Shown: positions 43,330 to 53,672 of the stretch, one piece after another
Position numbering within the stretch: position 1 is the stretch's first letter
How the letters are laid out: each line of letters opens with the position of its first letter
NCBI GenBank assembly: GCA_900769765.1
Contig: CAAGHW010000005.1
Location: 13,838-77,837, forward strand
DNA length: 64,000 bases
Direction of reading: 5' to 3'
Source of the DNA: Bacteroidaceae bacterium
GTDB taxonomy: Bacteria > Bacteroidota > Bacteroidia > Bacteroidales > Bacteroidaceae
The notes under the pieces: generated by a model
The model's database searches: none
What the model saw: the letters and a program-made list of their open reading frames with translations, nothing else
What the model was told of the DNA's origin: nothing
Program-made: the position numbers and the translations under genes

Positions 43330-45210
43330 ATGATTGTTTGTATAGCAGAGAAACCGAGTGTAGCAAAGGAGATTGCCGATATTTTAGGGGCAAGAAGCCG
43401 ACACGATGGATACTACGAAGGAAACGGATACCAGGTTACCTGGACATTCGGTCATCTTTGTACTCTTAAAGAGCCACACGACTATACCCCCATGTGGCAA
43501 CGGTGGAGTCTGAGCAGCTTGCCGATGATACCGCCACGGTTCGGTATAAAACTCATTAACGACAAGGGCATTGAGAAGCAGTTCGCCATAATAGAACGTA
43601 TTATGCAGAGTGCCGATATGATTGTGAACTGCGGTGATGCCGGCCAGGAGGGAGAACTTATCCAGCGTTGGGTGATGCAAAAGGCGCAGGCAAAGTGCCC
43701 TGTAAAGCGTCTATGGGTATCGTCACTTACCGAAGAGGCTATACGCGAAGGATTTGCTACACTAAAGGACCAGAGTGAATATCAGGCATTGTATGAGGCC
43801 GGATTGAGCCGTGCCATAGGCGACTGGTTGCTTGGCATGAATGCGACACGCCTGTACACCATAAAATACGGCAAGAACAGACAAGTGCTCTCCATAGGAC
43901 GTGTACAAACCCCTACCCTTGCGCTGATAGTAAAACGTCAACAGGAGATAGAGAATTTCGTTCCACAGCAATATTGGGTTCTTAAGACAACCTATCGCGA
44001 CACCGTATTCAACGTAATACAGAAAAGAAGCGAAGATGAACTGATGGCGGACATTGAGAAACAGAAAGAAAAAGCCGAGAAAAAAGGCATAGCCTTTGAT
44101 ATGTCCGAAGCGTGGAAAAAAGCCGAAGAAAGCAACATCGGTATTGCCCCCATTGCCAACAACGATGAAGGTCTGGCAATCCTAAACAGAATAAAAGATT
44201 TGCCATTCACCGTAACATCAGTTGACAAGAAGAACGGCAAGGAACTGCATCCGTCGCTCTACGATTTGGGTTCACTGCAGAGCGAATGCGACAAGAAATA
44301 TGGGTTGTCTATCGATGTAACACTGCAGACAGTACAATCGCTATACGAAAAGAAGGTAACCACATATCCACGTGTAGACACGACCTTCCTGAGCGACGAC
44401 ATATACCCCAAATGTGCAAATATCCTTAAAGGATTGCGCGATTATCAAGCACTTACAATGCCATTGCTCGATAAACCGCTTATAAAATCGAAGAAAGCCT
44501 TCGACAACAAGAAGGTTACCGACCACCATGCCATAATCCCTACAGGAGTATACCCACAGGGACTTACCGACATTGAAAAAAAGGTATACAACCTTATTGT
44601 CCTACGCTTTATTGCAGCATTCTATCCCGAATGCAAATATTGCACCACAACCGTACAGGGAGAGAGTGGCGGTATTCTGTTCAAAACCTCGGAAAAAGCA
44701 ATCACAGACCCTGGTTGGAAAGTTGTTTTTGCAGGAGAACCATTCGAAGAGAACGAAGCGAAATCCATGCCCGCATTCAGCGTCGGAGAAAGCGGACCAC
44801 ACCTCCCCGAACTGATGGAAAAATGGACACAACCACCCAAGCCATATACCGAGGGAACATTGGTACGAGCAATGGAAACCGCCGGTAAATTCGTTGACGA
44901 CGAAGAACTGCGCGATGCCATGAAAGAGAACGGAATAGGACGTCCGGCAACCCGTTCCGAAATCCTTAAGACACTCTACAAACGCAACTACGTTGTAAAA
45001 GAGAAAAAGAACATTGTAGCAACAGAAACAGGCATAGAACTTATAGGCCTGATAAGGAACGAACTGCTAAAAAGTGCCGAACTAACAGGCCGTTGGGAGA
45101 AGAAACTTCGCGACATCGAGAAACGGCAGTACGAAGCAAAGACCTTCATCGAAGAGCTGAAAGAGATGTTGAACGAAGTGGTGAATGACGTTCTACGCGA
45201 TAACAGATAA
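43330..45210 (+). CDS. topB: DNA topoisomerase III
   Basis: Toprim N-terminus MIVCIAEKPSVAKEIA, type IA core, catalytic Tyr region (TYPRVDT). Start taken at the ATG at 43330 rather than the track TTG at 43303. Confidence 0.9.
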   Translation: MIVCIAEKPSVAKEIADILGARSRHDGYYEGNGYQVTWTFGHLCTLKEPHDYTPMWQRWSLSSLPMIPPRFGIKLINDKGIEKQFAIIERIMQSADMIVNCGDAGQEGELIQRWVMQKAQAKCPVKRLWVSSLTEEAIREGFATLKDQSEYQALYEAGLSRAIGDWLLGMNATRLYTIKYGKNRQVLSIGRVQTPTLALIVKRQQEIENFVPQQYWVLKTTYRDTVFNVIQKRSEDELMADIEKQKEKAEKKGIAFDMSEAWKKAEESNIGIAPIANNDEGLAILNRIKDLPFTVTSVDKKNGKELHPSLYDLGSLQSECDKKYGLSIDVTLQTVQSLYEKKVTTYPRVDTTFLSDDIYPKCANILKGLRDYQALTMPLLDKPLIKSKKAFDNKKVTDHHAIIPTGVYPQGLTDIEKKVYNLIVLRFIAAFYPECKYCTTTVQGESGGILFKTSEKAITDPGWKVVFAGEPFEENEAKSMPAFSVGESGPHLPELMEKWTQPPKPYTEGTLVRAMETAGKFVDDEELRDAMKENGIGRPATRSEILKTLYKRNYVVKEKKNIVATETGIELIGLIRNELLKSAELTGRWEKKLRDIEKRQYEAKTFIEELKEMLNEVVNDVLRDNR

Positions 45211-45224
45211 GCAATATAAAAAAG

Positions 45225-45257
45225 AGCGAAAGCCGTCGATTATCGACGGCTTTCGCT
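45225..45257. terminator. 16-bp-stem hairpin between convergent topB and ispG (overlaps the last ispG codons)
   Basis: AGCGAAAGCCGTCGAT-T-ATCGACGGCTTTCGCT. Confidence 0.55.
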
Positions 45258-46976
45258 TTCTATCAGTTGCAAAAGCTTTTCAATAGCTTCCTCTTCGGGG
45301 ATATTCTTCTCGACGCACTCTTTTTTGCGATAGAGCGACACTTTGCCTCGCGCAGCACCTACATATCCGTAGTCGGCATCGGCCATTTCGCCCGGGCCAT
45401 TCACAATGCAACCCATAACACCAATCTTAAGGCCTTTAAGATGTGCTGTAGCGGCCTTGATGCGTGCAAGCGTACCTTGCAGATCGTACATAGTGCGACC
45501 GCAACCCGGACATGCGATATATTCTGTTTTGCTTATACGCGCACGGGTAGCCTGCAGAATGCCGAATGCAATAGAATTGATTTCTGTTGCTGTACCAACA
45601 CTATTTTCCAACCACAAGCCATCGACAAGACCGTCGATAAGCAATACGCCCAAATCGACAGCAGCCTTAAGACGCAAAGTCTCGACAGACTCTTCGTTAT
45701 ATATGCGGCGTATAACCACAGGTGCTGTAACACCGTTGTTGACAAGAGTATGCACAATGGCTCTTAATTCGCCGACAGGGTTGGCATGATGCGATGAAGC
45801 CACAAGCACGATATCCTTTAAAGTCTTTATCTTCTCGATGTTCCCTGCAGTCAAGTCATCAAGGGTGATTTCAACAAATGCACCATCAGTAGCGGTATTG
45901 ACTTTTTTCAAATCGATGTCAGAAGCAAGGAAATCAGCCCTTACATCAGCATCGTCTGTTAAACCGCCCACAACAACAGGAACATTATCACCACCGACAA
46001 CGCCCACAGATACGGTTGTACGACGCACAGGCTCCTCATAGTTAAAACCTTCATAAGCCTGGGCACTTATAACAGAGTGACCTGCACGGACAGCAATATA
46101 GTCAACAAGTTCCTTTGCGACAGGTATCTCGTTCTCGGGAGCTTCGGCAAGCGATACACGCAAGGTGTCACCTATACCATCGGCGAGCAAAGCACCGATA
46201 CCTACAGCACTCTTTATGCGTCCGTCCTCGGCATCACCGGCTTCGGTAACACCAAGATGCAGAGGATAAGCTATACCCTCTTCTGCCATAACCCGCACAA
46301 GACGGCGCACAGTGGTAACCATCATTGACGTGTTGCTGGTCTTTATAGAGACAACCACATCCTTGAAATCCTCGTCGCGGCATATACGCAGGAACTCCAT
46401 GCACGACTCCACCACACCCGAAGGGGTATCACCATAACGGCTCATGATGCGGTCGCTAAGCGAGCCATGGTTTACACCCACACGCACAGCCTTACCCTCG
46501 GCCTTGCATAGGTTCAGGAATGCCACAAAACGCTCGCGAAGGCGTTTCAGTTCTTCGGCATATTCGGCATCGGTATAATCGATATGTTTGAATGTACGCG
46601 CAGTATCCACGTAGTTGCCCGGGTTTACTCGCACCTTGTCGGCATAACGGGTTGCTGTATCGGCAACAGAGGCATTGAAATGGACATCGGCAACAAGAGG
46701 TACCTTATAGCCGCGTGCAACAAGTTGCTCTTTTATATTGCCGAGATTGATGGCTTCGCGGTTACCCTGTGTTGTCAAGCGGACAAGCTCACCGCCCTTG
46801 TCGACGATGCGTATCACCTGCTCCACACTGCCATCGGTATCCATCGTGCCCGTATTGGTCATGGACTGCACCTTTATGGTGTATCCGTTACCTATCTTTA
46901 CACCGCCTACATTCACTTCGACAGTAGCACGGCGAGTATAATTGAAAAGATTTATATCAGTTTGTCTTGTACTCAT
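45240..46976 (-). CDS. ispG: 4-hydroxy-3-methylbut-2-en-1-yl diphosphate synthase (long form with insert domain)
   Basis: 578 aa. N-terminal TIM-barrel region (VQSMTNT), C-terminal 4Fe-4S domain (CPGCGRT...GCIVNGPGE). Confidence 0.95.
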   Translation of the reverse strand: MSTRQTDINLFNYTRRATVEVNVGGVKIGNGYTIKVQSMTNTGTMDTDGSVEQVIRIVDKGGELVRLTTQGNREAINLGNIKEQLVARGYKVPLVADVHFNASVADTATRYADKVRVNPGNYVDTARTFKHIDYTDAEYAEELKRLRERFVAFLNLCKAEGKAVRVGVNHGSLSDRIMSRYGDTPSGVVESCMEFLRICRDEDFKDVVVSIKTSNTSMMVTTVRRLVRVMAEEGIAYPLHLGVTEAGDAEDGRIKSAVGIGALLADGIGDTLRVSLAEAPENEIPVAKELVDYIAVRAGHSVISAQAYEGFNYEEPVRRTTVSVGVVGGDNVPVVVGGLTDDADVRADFLASDIDLKKVNTATDGAFVEITLDDLTAGNIEKIKTLKDIVLVASSHHANPVGELRAIVHTLVNNGVTAPVVIRRIYNEESVETLRLKAAVDLGVLLIDGLVDGLWLENSVGTATEINSIAFGILQATRARISKTEYIACPGCGRTMYDLQGTLARIKAATAHLKGLKIGVMGCIVNGPGEMADADYGYVGAARGKVSLYRKKECVEKNIPEEEAIEKLLQLIESESRR

Positions 46977-47463
46977 ATTTCAACTCCTTCAAATCCTCGT
47001 TGGCCTTTTCGATTTTCTTCTTGAGATTCTCTTTATATTCAGCCAAACGTGCAGCAAGAGCCTCATCGGCAAGCGACAACATTTCAACAGCCAATATAGC
47101 GGCATTCAACGAAGCATTGACACCAACTGTTGCCACAGGAATACCCGGAGGCATCTGGACTATAGCGAGCAGAGCATCCATACCGTCGAGTGTGCTGTTG
47201 ATGGGCACACCTATTACAGGCAGTGTGGTACTTGCAGCGATGACACCAGGCAAGTGGGCTGCCATACCGGCTGCAGCGATGATTATTTTAACTCCGCGCT
47301 CCTTGGCACCCTTTGAAAAGGCCTCAACAGCCTCGGGTGTACGGTGTGCCGAAAGAGCGTTTACCTCGAAAGGAACCTGCATTTCGTTAAGGAAATCCGT
47401 TGCTTTTTTCATTACAGGAAGGTCGGATGTGCTTCCCATTATAACACTTACAATTGCTTTCAT
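46957..47463 (-). CDS. purE: 5-(carboxyamino)imidazole ribonucleotide mutase
   Basis: 168 aa. IMGSTSDL, SAHRTP, AAGMAAHLPGV. The 3' end overlaps the ispG start by 20 nt. Confidence 0.95.
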   Translation of the reverse strand: MKAIVSVIMGSTSDLPVMKKATDFLNEMQVPFEVNALSAHRTPEAVEAFSKGAKERGVKIIIAAAGMAAHLPGVIAASTTLPVIGVPINSTLDGMDALLAIVQMPPGIPVATVGVNASLNAAILAVEMLSLADEALAARLAEYKENLKKKIEKANEDLKELKYEYKTN

Positions 47464-47489
47464 ATATCTTGAATTTATTACTCTTATAC

Positions 47490-49484
47490 TTAATTAGGTC
47501 TCTCTTTTATTACACCTTTGCGGTATGCATACAACAGACGCTCAAGGTCGGCAATCTTTACCATTATTCCGCGACCGATATCGGTATCACGCACCTTTTC
47601 GCGTTCACCTACCATCTCGACAATGTTGATTGTACCATCAATATCTGTTCCGTTGAGGATAGCCTCTTCGGTTGAAGTAAACGGTGTGAGCTGCACAAGT
47701 TCAAAGCCACGGCTATGATAAACGAGAGTATAACCTGCAATGCCTGTACGATTGTGGTATATCTTTGAGAAACCGCCGTCGATGACCATCAGACGGCCGT
47801 CGGCCTTGATTGGTGTCTCGCCCTTGCCTACACGCACCGGAACGTGTCCGTTGATTATATGGCGGTGATTGCCCTTTACACCGAATTCATCCAATATCTT
47901 GTCGCAGACATCTGCATTATCGCGCAGTATATAGTACCAACCCTTAGGCTCTTTCTGCACATCCTTGTCATCGAGAAGATAACGCTCGAACGTAGCCATC
48001 TTTGCCTTTCCGAAGAGCGGCGATTCCGGACCACACCACAAGTACCAGAAGAAATCGGCATACTTGTTGCGTACCTCTGCATCGACATCATTATCGAAAG
48101 CAGTACGCGCCATGCGCTCTACCTTTTTCAACAAATCCTTACCTTTCACAGGAACGCCATCGAACACGACCTCACGCATAGAGCCGTCCTCATTGATGGG
48201 AACTGCCGCATGGAACATAAGGTTCGAGTTGTATATCATATACATACCGCCACGCATTAGCAGACAGTTCACATGAGCCTGAAGACGTTCGCTTCGCATG
48301 AACGAATGACGCAGACGGTCCACCACATCCTGTTCCTCTGGGGTGAGGGCGTATGGATTTGCTGGGTCAAGTGTAGGCCACAGTTTGTCTTTCATCTCAT
48401 ATTCTTTGCCGTCGATAACAATGACACCCTTTTCCTTGTTTATGCCCTCCATAAGACAACGGTCCATCATGTTCCATTCAGGATGCTGCATTGCAATCTG
48501 TCCCGACAGCTTGAACTCAATTACCGATATGGCCTTATGCATCTGTGCAATAAGACGCACATCCTTTTCGGTGAAGTTGGTACGCTCCTCATCCACACGC
48601 GGCTGATATATCTCACAGGGGTCATCGGCATACTGTTCCATGGCAAACGTAGCCAAAGGAACCATATTTATGGCATAGCCGTCTTCGAGCGTCGTAGTAT
48701 TGGCATCGCGCAACGACAAACGCAACACGCTTGCGATACAACACGTATTACCTGCCGCAGCACCCATCCACAACACATCGTGGTTACCCCATGTTATATC
48801 AAGGTGGTGGTATTCGCAAAGGGCATCCATGATATGATGCGCTCCCGGACCACGGTCGAAGATGTCGCCAAGTATATGCAGACGGTCGATTACAAGACGC
48901 TGTATAAGATAGCACAATGCGGTGATGAAGTGGTCGGCACGGCCTGTACCTATGATTGTATCGATGATGACATTGAAATAGGCAAGTTTGTTCTGATAGT
49001 CATTTGCCTCGTGCATAAGCTCCTCGATGATATAAGCATACTCTTCGGGAAGGCTCTTGCGCACCTTTGAACGGGTATATTTTGACGACACGTCACGACA
49101 CACTACGATAAGACGATTCAACGAACGCTTATAATACTCTTCAATATCAATCTCTGTCTGACGCAGCAGTTTAAGTTTCTCCTCGGGATAGTATATGAGA
49201 GTACACAGGTCTTTCTTCTCTTCTTCGGTTATTGTATTGCCGAACAGGTCATTGACCTTGCGTTTGATATTACCCGAAGCATTACGCAGAATATGCTGGA
49301 AAGCCTCGTGTTCACCATGTATATCGGCAAGAAAATGTTCTGTAGGTTTAGGCAGATGAAGAATCGCCTCAAGATTTATTATTTCGGTTGTCACACTTGA
49401 CACTGTAGGGAAGTCGCGTGCAAGCAGACGCAAATATCTGATATCTTCCTTTACCTCTTCGATTGTTACATTCGATTTTGACAT
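47490..49484 (-). CDS. fbp: fructose-1,6-bisphosphatase, class 3
   Basis: 664 aa. Metallophosphoesterase core (GDIFDRGP, WGNHD) and the characteristic long class 3 length. Confidence 0.93.
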   Translation of the reverse strand: MSKSNVTIEEVKEDIRYLRLLARDFPTVSSVTTEIINLEAILHLPKPTEHFLADIHGEHEAFQHILRNASGNIKRKVNDLFGNTITEEEKKDLCTLIYYPEEKLKLLRQTEIDIEEYYKRSLNRLIVVCRDVSSKYTRSKVRKSLPEEYAYIIEELMHEANDYQNKLAYFNVIIDTIIGTGRADHFITALCYLIQRLVIDRLHILGDIFDRGPGAHHIMDALCEYHHLDITWGNHDVLWMGAAAGNTCCIASVLRLSLRDANTTTLEDGYAINMVPLATFAMEQYADDPCEIYQPRVDEERTNFTEKDVRLIAQMHKAISVIEFKLSGQIAMQHPEWNMMDRCLMEGINKEKGVIVIDGKEYEMKDKLWPTLDPANPYALTPEEQDVVDRLRHSFMRSERLQAHVNCLLMRGGMYMIYNSNLMFHAAVPINEDGSMREVVFDGVPVKGKDLLKKVERMARTAFDNDVDAEVRNKYADFFWYLWCGPESPLFGKAKMATFERYLLDDKDVQKEPKGWYYILRDNADVCDKILDEFGVKGNHRHIINGHVPVRVGKGETPIKADGRLMVIDGGFSKIYHNRTGIAGYTLVYHSRGFELVQLTPFTSTEEAILNGTDIDGTINIVEMVGEREKVRDTDIGRGIMVKIADLERLLYAYRKGVIKERPN

Positions 49485-49505
49485 AACGTTCTTTATTTAT
49501 TAGAC

Positions 49506-49527
49506 CAAAGGTACTATCGCAAATTTA
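49506..49527 (-). promoter_or_regulatory. two candidate -7 boxes (TACCTTTG at 49506-49513, TAAATTTG at 49520-49527) upstream of fbp
   Basis: Both match TAnnTTTG on the minus strand, 22-43 nt upstream of the ATG at 49484. Confidence 0.3.
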
Positions 49528-49578
49528 CGGTTATTTTATTAATCCACAAAGATTGCATACTTAATTTAAAGCAACTTT

Positions 49579-51003
49579 TCATTCTTTCCTTAACCTTGCA
49601 ACAGGGATATGCAGCTGCTCACGATACTTTGCCACCGTACGCCTTGCAACACAATAGCCGCGCTCTGTAAGTTTTTCCTGCAACACCTGGTCGGTCAATG
49701 GTGCATTCTTGTCTTCACTCTCAATGAGTTCCCTTATGACAGCAAAGAGTTCATAAACCGACTGTTCCGTTCCGTCGCTCTTTGTAACGCCATCGCTGAA
49801 GAAATATTTCAACGAAGAGACACTCCATGGCGTCTGCACATACTTGCTGTTGCTCACACGCGATATTGTAGAGATATCAAAGCCTGTCATCTTTGCTATA
49901 TCCTCAAGAATCATAGGCTTGAGATAAGCCTCATCACCACCATTCAGGAAATACTCTTTCTGTTTTGCAACTATGGCACGCATCGTGGCAAGCATGGTGT
50001 TCTCGCGTTGCTGTACAGCACTTATGAAACCCTTTGCCGCATCAATTTTCTGTTTCAGGAATGTTACTGCAGCCTTCTGCTCCTGATTGCCGCCTGCAAG
50101 CTGTTCATCAAGCATCTGCATATACTCTTCACTCACCCGTAACTCGGGCACATGAACATTGTTCAACGACACATACACATTGTCATCGACGATATCAAGT
50201 ATGAAATCGGGTATTATCTGCTGACGGCTGAAGCCGACATTCTCGCTCAACGACGCACCCGGGCGAGGGTTAAGACGGACAATATCGGCAATGGCGGCAC
50301 GGCACTCCTCTTTTTCGACACCCAACTTGTCATCAAGCTGCTCCCAGCGTTTTGCGGCAAAATCGTCGTAGAACTCCCCGACAATACGTTTTTGCAATGT
50401 AACATCTTTGTTGCATCCTACACGTTCAAGTTGCAGCATCAACGACTCCTGAAGATTCCGGGCCGCTATGCCTGCCGGTTCAAAGCCCTGGATGCGTTCA
50501 AGGACAGAAAGAATCTGTTCCTTGTCGGTCATCACACTGGCATAGATGAGCAATTCATCCTCTATCTCGGCGATGTCCTTAGTCAAGAAACCGTCCTCAT
50601 CGAGCGAGCCTATTATATATTCCCCGATGCTCTTTTCCTGTGGAGTAAGCTGCAGTTCGCCAAGCTGTTCAAGCAACGTGTCGCCGAACGACACGGAGTC
50701 CCCTATAGTGTAATCGCTACGGCTGTAACCGCTGAATACAGGAATATCGCCGTTTCCGCTATAGTCGTCATCATTGTCCTGTGAAATATCCGATATAGGA
50801 TTGTCGGCACCGTCATGTTCTGGAATACCGTCATTCTCTACAACCTCCAAAGCCGGATTGTCCATGACCTCACTACGCACCTTGTCCTCAATCTCCATTG
50901 TAGTGAGTTCGAGGAGCTGGACCGTAAGCAGCTGCTGTGGCGACAGCGTCTGCGTCAAGGTCTGTTCGTGTTTCTGCGTTTGTGTAAAGGTATTTCCTGC
51001 CAT
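49579..51003 (-). CDS. rpoN: RNA polymerase sigma-54 factor
   Basis: 474 aa. Gln/Leu-rich region I, acidic region II, C-terminal RpoN box (ARRTVAKYRE). Confidence 0.95.
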   Translation of the reverse strand: MAGNTFTQTQKHEQTLTQTLSPQQLLTVQLLELTTMEIEDKVRSEVMDNPALEVVENDGIPEHDGADNPISDISQDNDDDYSGNGDIPVFSGYSRSDYTIGDSVSFGDTLLEQLGELQLTPQEKSIGEYIIGSLDEDGFLTKDIAEIEDELLIYASVMTDKEQILSVLERIQGFEPAGIAARNLQESLMLQLERVGCNKDVTLQKRIVGEFYDDFAAKRWEQLDDKLGVEKEECRAAIADIVRLNPRPGASLSENVGFSRQQIIPDFILDIVDDNVYVSLNNVHVPELRVSEEYMQMLDEQLAGGNQEQKAAVTFLKQKIDAAKGFISAVQQRENTMLATMRAIVAKQKEYFLNGGDEAYLKPMILEDIAKMTGFDISTISRVSNSKYVQTPWSVSSLKYFFSDGVTKSDGTEQSVYELFAVIRELIESEDKNAPLTDQVLQEKLTERGYCVARRTVAKYREQLHIPVARLRKE

Positions 51004-51015
51004 GTAAAGTACAAA

Positions 51016-52659
51016 TCAATATTTGAAGCTGCTTCCTCCGAGGAATTCGCGCACCACCGATGTAGGAGGCAGTTCGTTATCCTGCAAAGGTACTACATAT
51101 TCCAATAAATGCAAAAGTCTCCGTGCCTCAGAATACTCCTTTATATTCTGGGGAACGGCACGCAGTATAGGCTCGGCATGTGTCTTCAACACAGCAAGCT
51201 CATAGAAGAGCGATGAATTGAACATCACATCCGCGTTTTCCTGATAAGGGAAAATCCACTCCTCTTCACCGGCACGCACATCGGGCCATCGCTGAATAGT
51301 CTCTACGGCCGAATAGCCACGATACTTTGCATCGCGAAGCATGCGACGCAACAGACGGTTGTCGGATGTTGATATATAGTTGTGATAATCGAGTTTTATT
51401 GATGTCAATGCCGACACATATACACGAAACTTCTCGTTGTCGGGCACCTGCGAGGTCAACATCGGATTGAGCGCATGGGTTCCTTCTATGACAAGAACCA
51501 TCTGCGGAGTGAGTTTCAGTTTGTTGCCCCTGTATTCGCGTTCGCCCGTCACGAAATTATAATAAGGCAAATCGACCTCTTCTCCGGCAAGTATTTTTGT
51601 AAGCGACTCATTGAAGTAAGGCAGGTCTATTGAATAGAGCGATTCGAAATCATAATCACCGTCGGGCTTGCGCGGCGTATGTGTGCGGTTCACGAAATAG
51701 TCGTCAAGCGATATTGCATAAGGACGCAAACCGCAGGCAAGCAACTGCACACTAAGACGTTTGCTGAATGTCGTCTTGCCCGATGATGACGGACCGGCAA
51801 TAAGCACCACCCTTGCTCCGCGAGCCTGAATGTCGTCGGCTATCTTTGATAAACGACGCTCCTGAAGCACTTCGGAGACATTGACCAGGTCGATGCCATA
51901 TCCGGAACGTACTCCCTTATTGAATTCGCCAATTGTCTCAACACCCATCTGCTGATGCCACTGCAAACGCTCCTCGAACAGGTCCTGAAGTTTTTCCTGC
52001 GGCACTTTGTCTTCAAGCTCATTAGGACGTTCCTTGTTCGGCACACGCAACAGCACTCCATCGGCATATCTTTCAATCTCGAACAGACCGATATAGCCTG
52101 TACTTGGGACAAGACCATGATAATAGCTGTCGATATAGCCGTCAAGTTCATAGTAGCTTGTATATAGACGGTCGTATGTCTCGAGCAACTTCACCTTGTC
52201 TATACGTCCCACCTTACGGAAGAGTTCAATAGCCTCCTCGGTATGACATTCCACACGTTTGAAAGGTATATCGCTCTTTACGATAAGATGCATCTTCTCG
52301 CGCACAAGAGCAACCTGCTCCTCGCTTATGGGATTATCCATACGGCAGTAATAACCTTTTGATATGGCATTCTCGAAACGCACTATTTCGCCGGGGAACA
52401 CCTCGTTCATAGCCTTCATGAAGATAAAGGTCAATGAACGTACATACATGCGCATACCATCATCGGTGGTAATGTCGATAAACTCAACATCCTTATTACG
52501 GAACAGACGCAGAGCAAGGCTATGGGTGGTATTGTTCACCCTTGCAGCTATAGCCCCGTATGGCATATCAAGTTCAAAACCATTATAAATATCCAACAAA
52601 GAAGAGCCTATCGGGAAATCCTTTGTAACACCATTGTTCAAGCAATAAATGTGTATCAT
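51016..52659 (-). CDS. TGS-domain / uridine-kinase-like P-loop nucleoside kinase fusion
   Basis: N-terminal TGS-like ~60 aa, then a ThrRS-like linker and a PRK/uridine kinase domain with Walker A GPSSSGKTT. Start taken at the ATG at 52659 (MIHIYCLN...). Confidence 0.8.
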   Translation of the reverse strand: MIHIYCLNNGVTKDFPIGSSLLDIYNGFELDMPYGAIAARVNNTTHSLALRLFRNKDVEFIDITTDDGMRMYVRSLTFIFMKAMNEVFPGEIVRFENAISKGYYCRMDNPISEEQVALVREKMHLIVKSDIPFKRVECHTEEAIELFRKVGRIDKVKLLETYDRLYTSYYELDGYIDSYYHGLVPSTGYIGLFEIERYADGVLLRVPNKERPNELEDKVPQEKLQDLFEERLQWHQQMGVETIGEFNKGVRSGYGIDLVNVSEVLQERRLSKIADDIQARGARVVLIAGPSSSGKTTFSKRLSVQLLACGLRPYAISLDDYFVNRTHTPRKPDGDYDFESLYSIDLPYFNESLTKILAGEEVDLPYYNFVTGEREYRGNKLKLTPQMVLVIEGTHALNPMLTSQVPDNEKFRVYVSALTSIKLDYHNYISTSDNRLLRRMLRDAKYRGYSAVETIQRWPDVRAGEEEWIFPYQENADVMFNSSLFYELAVLKTHAEPILRAVPQNIKEYSEARRLLHLLEYVVPLQDNELPPTSVVREFLGGSSFKY

Positions 52660-52795
52660 AACGATATTTTTTAATAAAAACACAAATGTGGAACATTACT
52701 ATGCGAAGATAAAAACAAAATACAGCAAATCAACATTTTTCACTATTTTTAAATTAATTCACTTAAACATACTTGATATTAGCCAAACATTGTAT

Positions 52796-52803
52796 TACAT
52801 TTG
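52796..52803 (+). promoter_or_regulatory. -7 promoter box TACATTTG for the ATPase/DUF4435 unit
   Basis: Perfect TAnnTTTG match 28 nt upstream of the ATG at 52831. It overlaps the track TTG start at 52801, which argues against that start. Confidence 0.45.
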
Positions 52804-52830
52804 TGCATAGTCAGAAATAATGTACAGCCT

Positions 52831-53655
52831 ATGGAGAAGATGGCACAATACATAAAGAGCATTGAGATTGACTCTTTGTGGAGCAACCGCAAGCATATCT
52901 ATTGGGAGTTGCGCCCCGACGTAAATATCCTGAGTGGCAGCAACGGAGTGGGAAAGAGCACCATAATAAACCGTTCGGCACGCCATCTTAAGGTTATGCG
53001 CAAAGGGCTCATAACAACAAACCCCGAAGACGGAGTACATGTAAAATTCTACCCCGAAGATGCCACAAGCATACATTTCGATGTAATAAGCAGCATCGAC
53101 CGTCCAATAATGAACAGTGAGATGCTTGAAAAGATTCCCGGCGCAGACATACGTACCGAACTCGATTGGCAGCTCTACAATCTGCAACGCCGCTATCTCA
53201 ACTACCAGGTAAACGTAGGCAACCGCATCATATCGTTGCTCACATCGGGCAATCCCGACGACCAGCGTCTTGCCACAGAGCTGACAAAACCAAAGAAACA
53301 GTTCCAGGACCTTGTCGATGAACTGTTCGCCCCCACGGCAAAGACAATAGCACGCGACAGCAACGAGATATTCTTTAACCAATATGGAGAGACCATATCG
53401 CCATATATGCTCTCATCGGGCGAAAAGCAGATGCTTGTCATACTGCTCACCGCATTAGTGCAGGAGAACCGCCCGGGAGTGATGCTCATGGACGAGCCCG
53501 AGATTTCGTTGCACATTGAGTGGCAACAGCGCCTTATAAGCCTTGTACGCACGCTAAACCCGAACACTCAGATAATATTATGCACCCACTCGCCAGCAAT
53601 AGTCATGGACGGATGGATGGATGCCGTTACCGAGATTGAGGATATAACAAAATAA
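52831..53655 (+). CDS. short SMC/ABC-type ATPase (AAA_21/AAA_23-like), candidate AriA-like defense ATPase
   Basis: Walker A GSNGVGKST, signature LSSGEKQ, Walker B VMLMDEPE, H-loop THSP. RecF/SMC-like N-terminus (IKSIEIDSLW...VNILSG). No TM domain or transporter partner. Confidence 0.85.
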   Translation: MEKMAQYIKSIEIDSLWSNRKHIYWELRPDVNILSGSNGVGKSTIINRSARHLKVMRKGLITTNPEDGVHVKFYPEDATSIHFDVISSIDRPIMNSEMLEKIPGADIRTELDWQLYNLQRRYLNYQVNVGNRIISLLTSGNPDDQRLATELTKPKKQFQDLVDELFAPTAKTIARDSNEIFFNQYGETISPYMLSSGEKQMLVILLTALVQENRPGVMLMDEPEISLHIEWQQRLISLVRTLNPNTQIILCTHSPAIVMDGWMDAVTEIEDITK

Positions 53656-53672
53656 ACACCGACAAATGAGAT

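Noticed and set aside
46957-46976. 20-nt purE/ispG overlap as a possible frameshift or fusion
   Set aside because: Both proteins are full length with normal termini. The overlap is just tight operon packing.
52801-52830. TTG at 52801 as the start of the ATPase gene (track model, 284 aa)
   Set aside because: The TAnnTTTG -7 box at 52796-52803 overlaps it, so transcription probably begins downstream. The ATG at 52831 (or 52840) is preferred.
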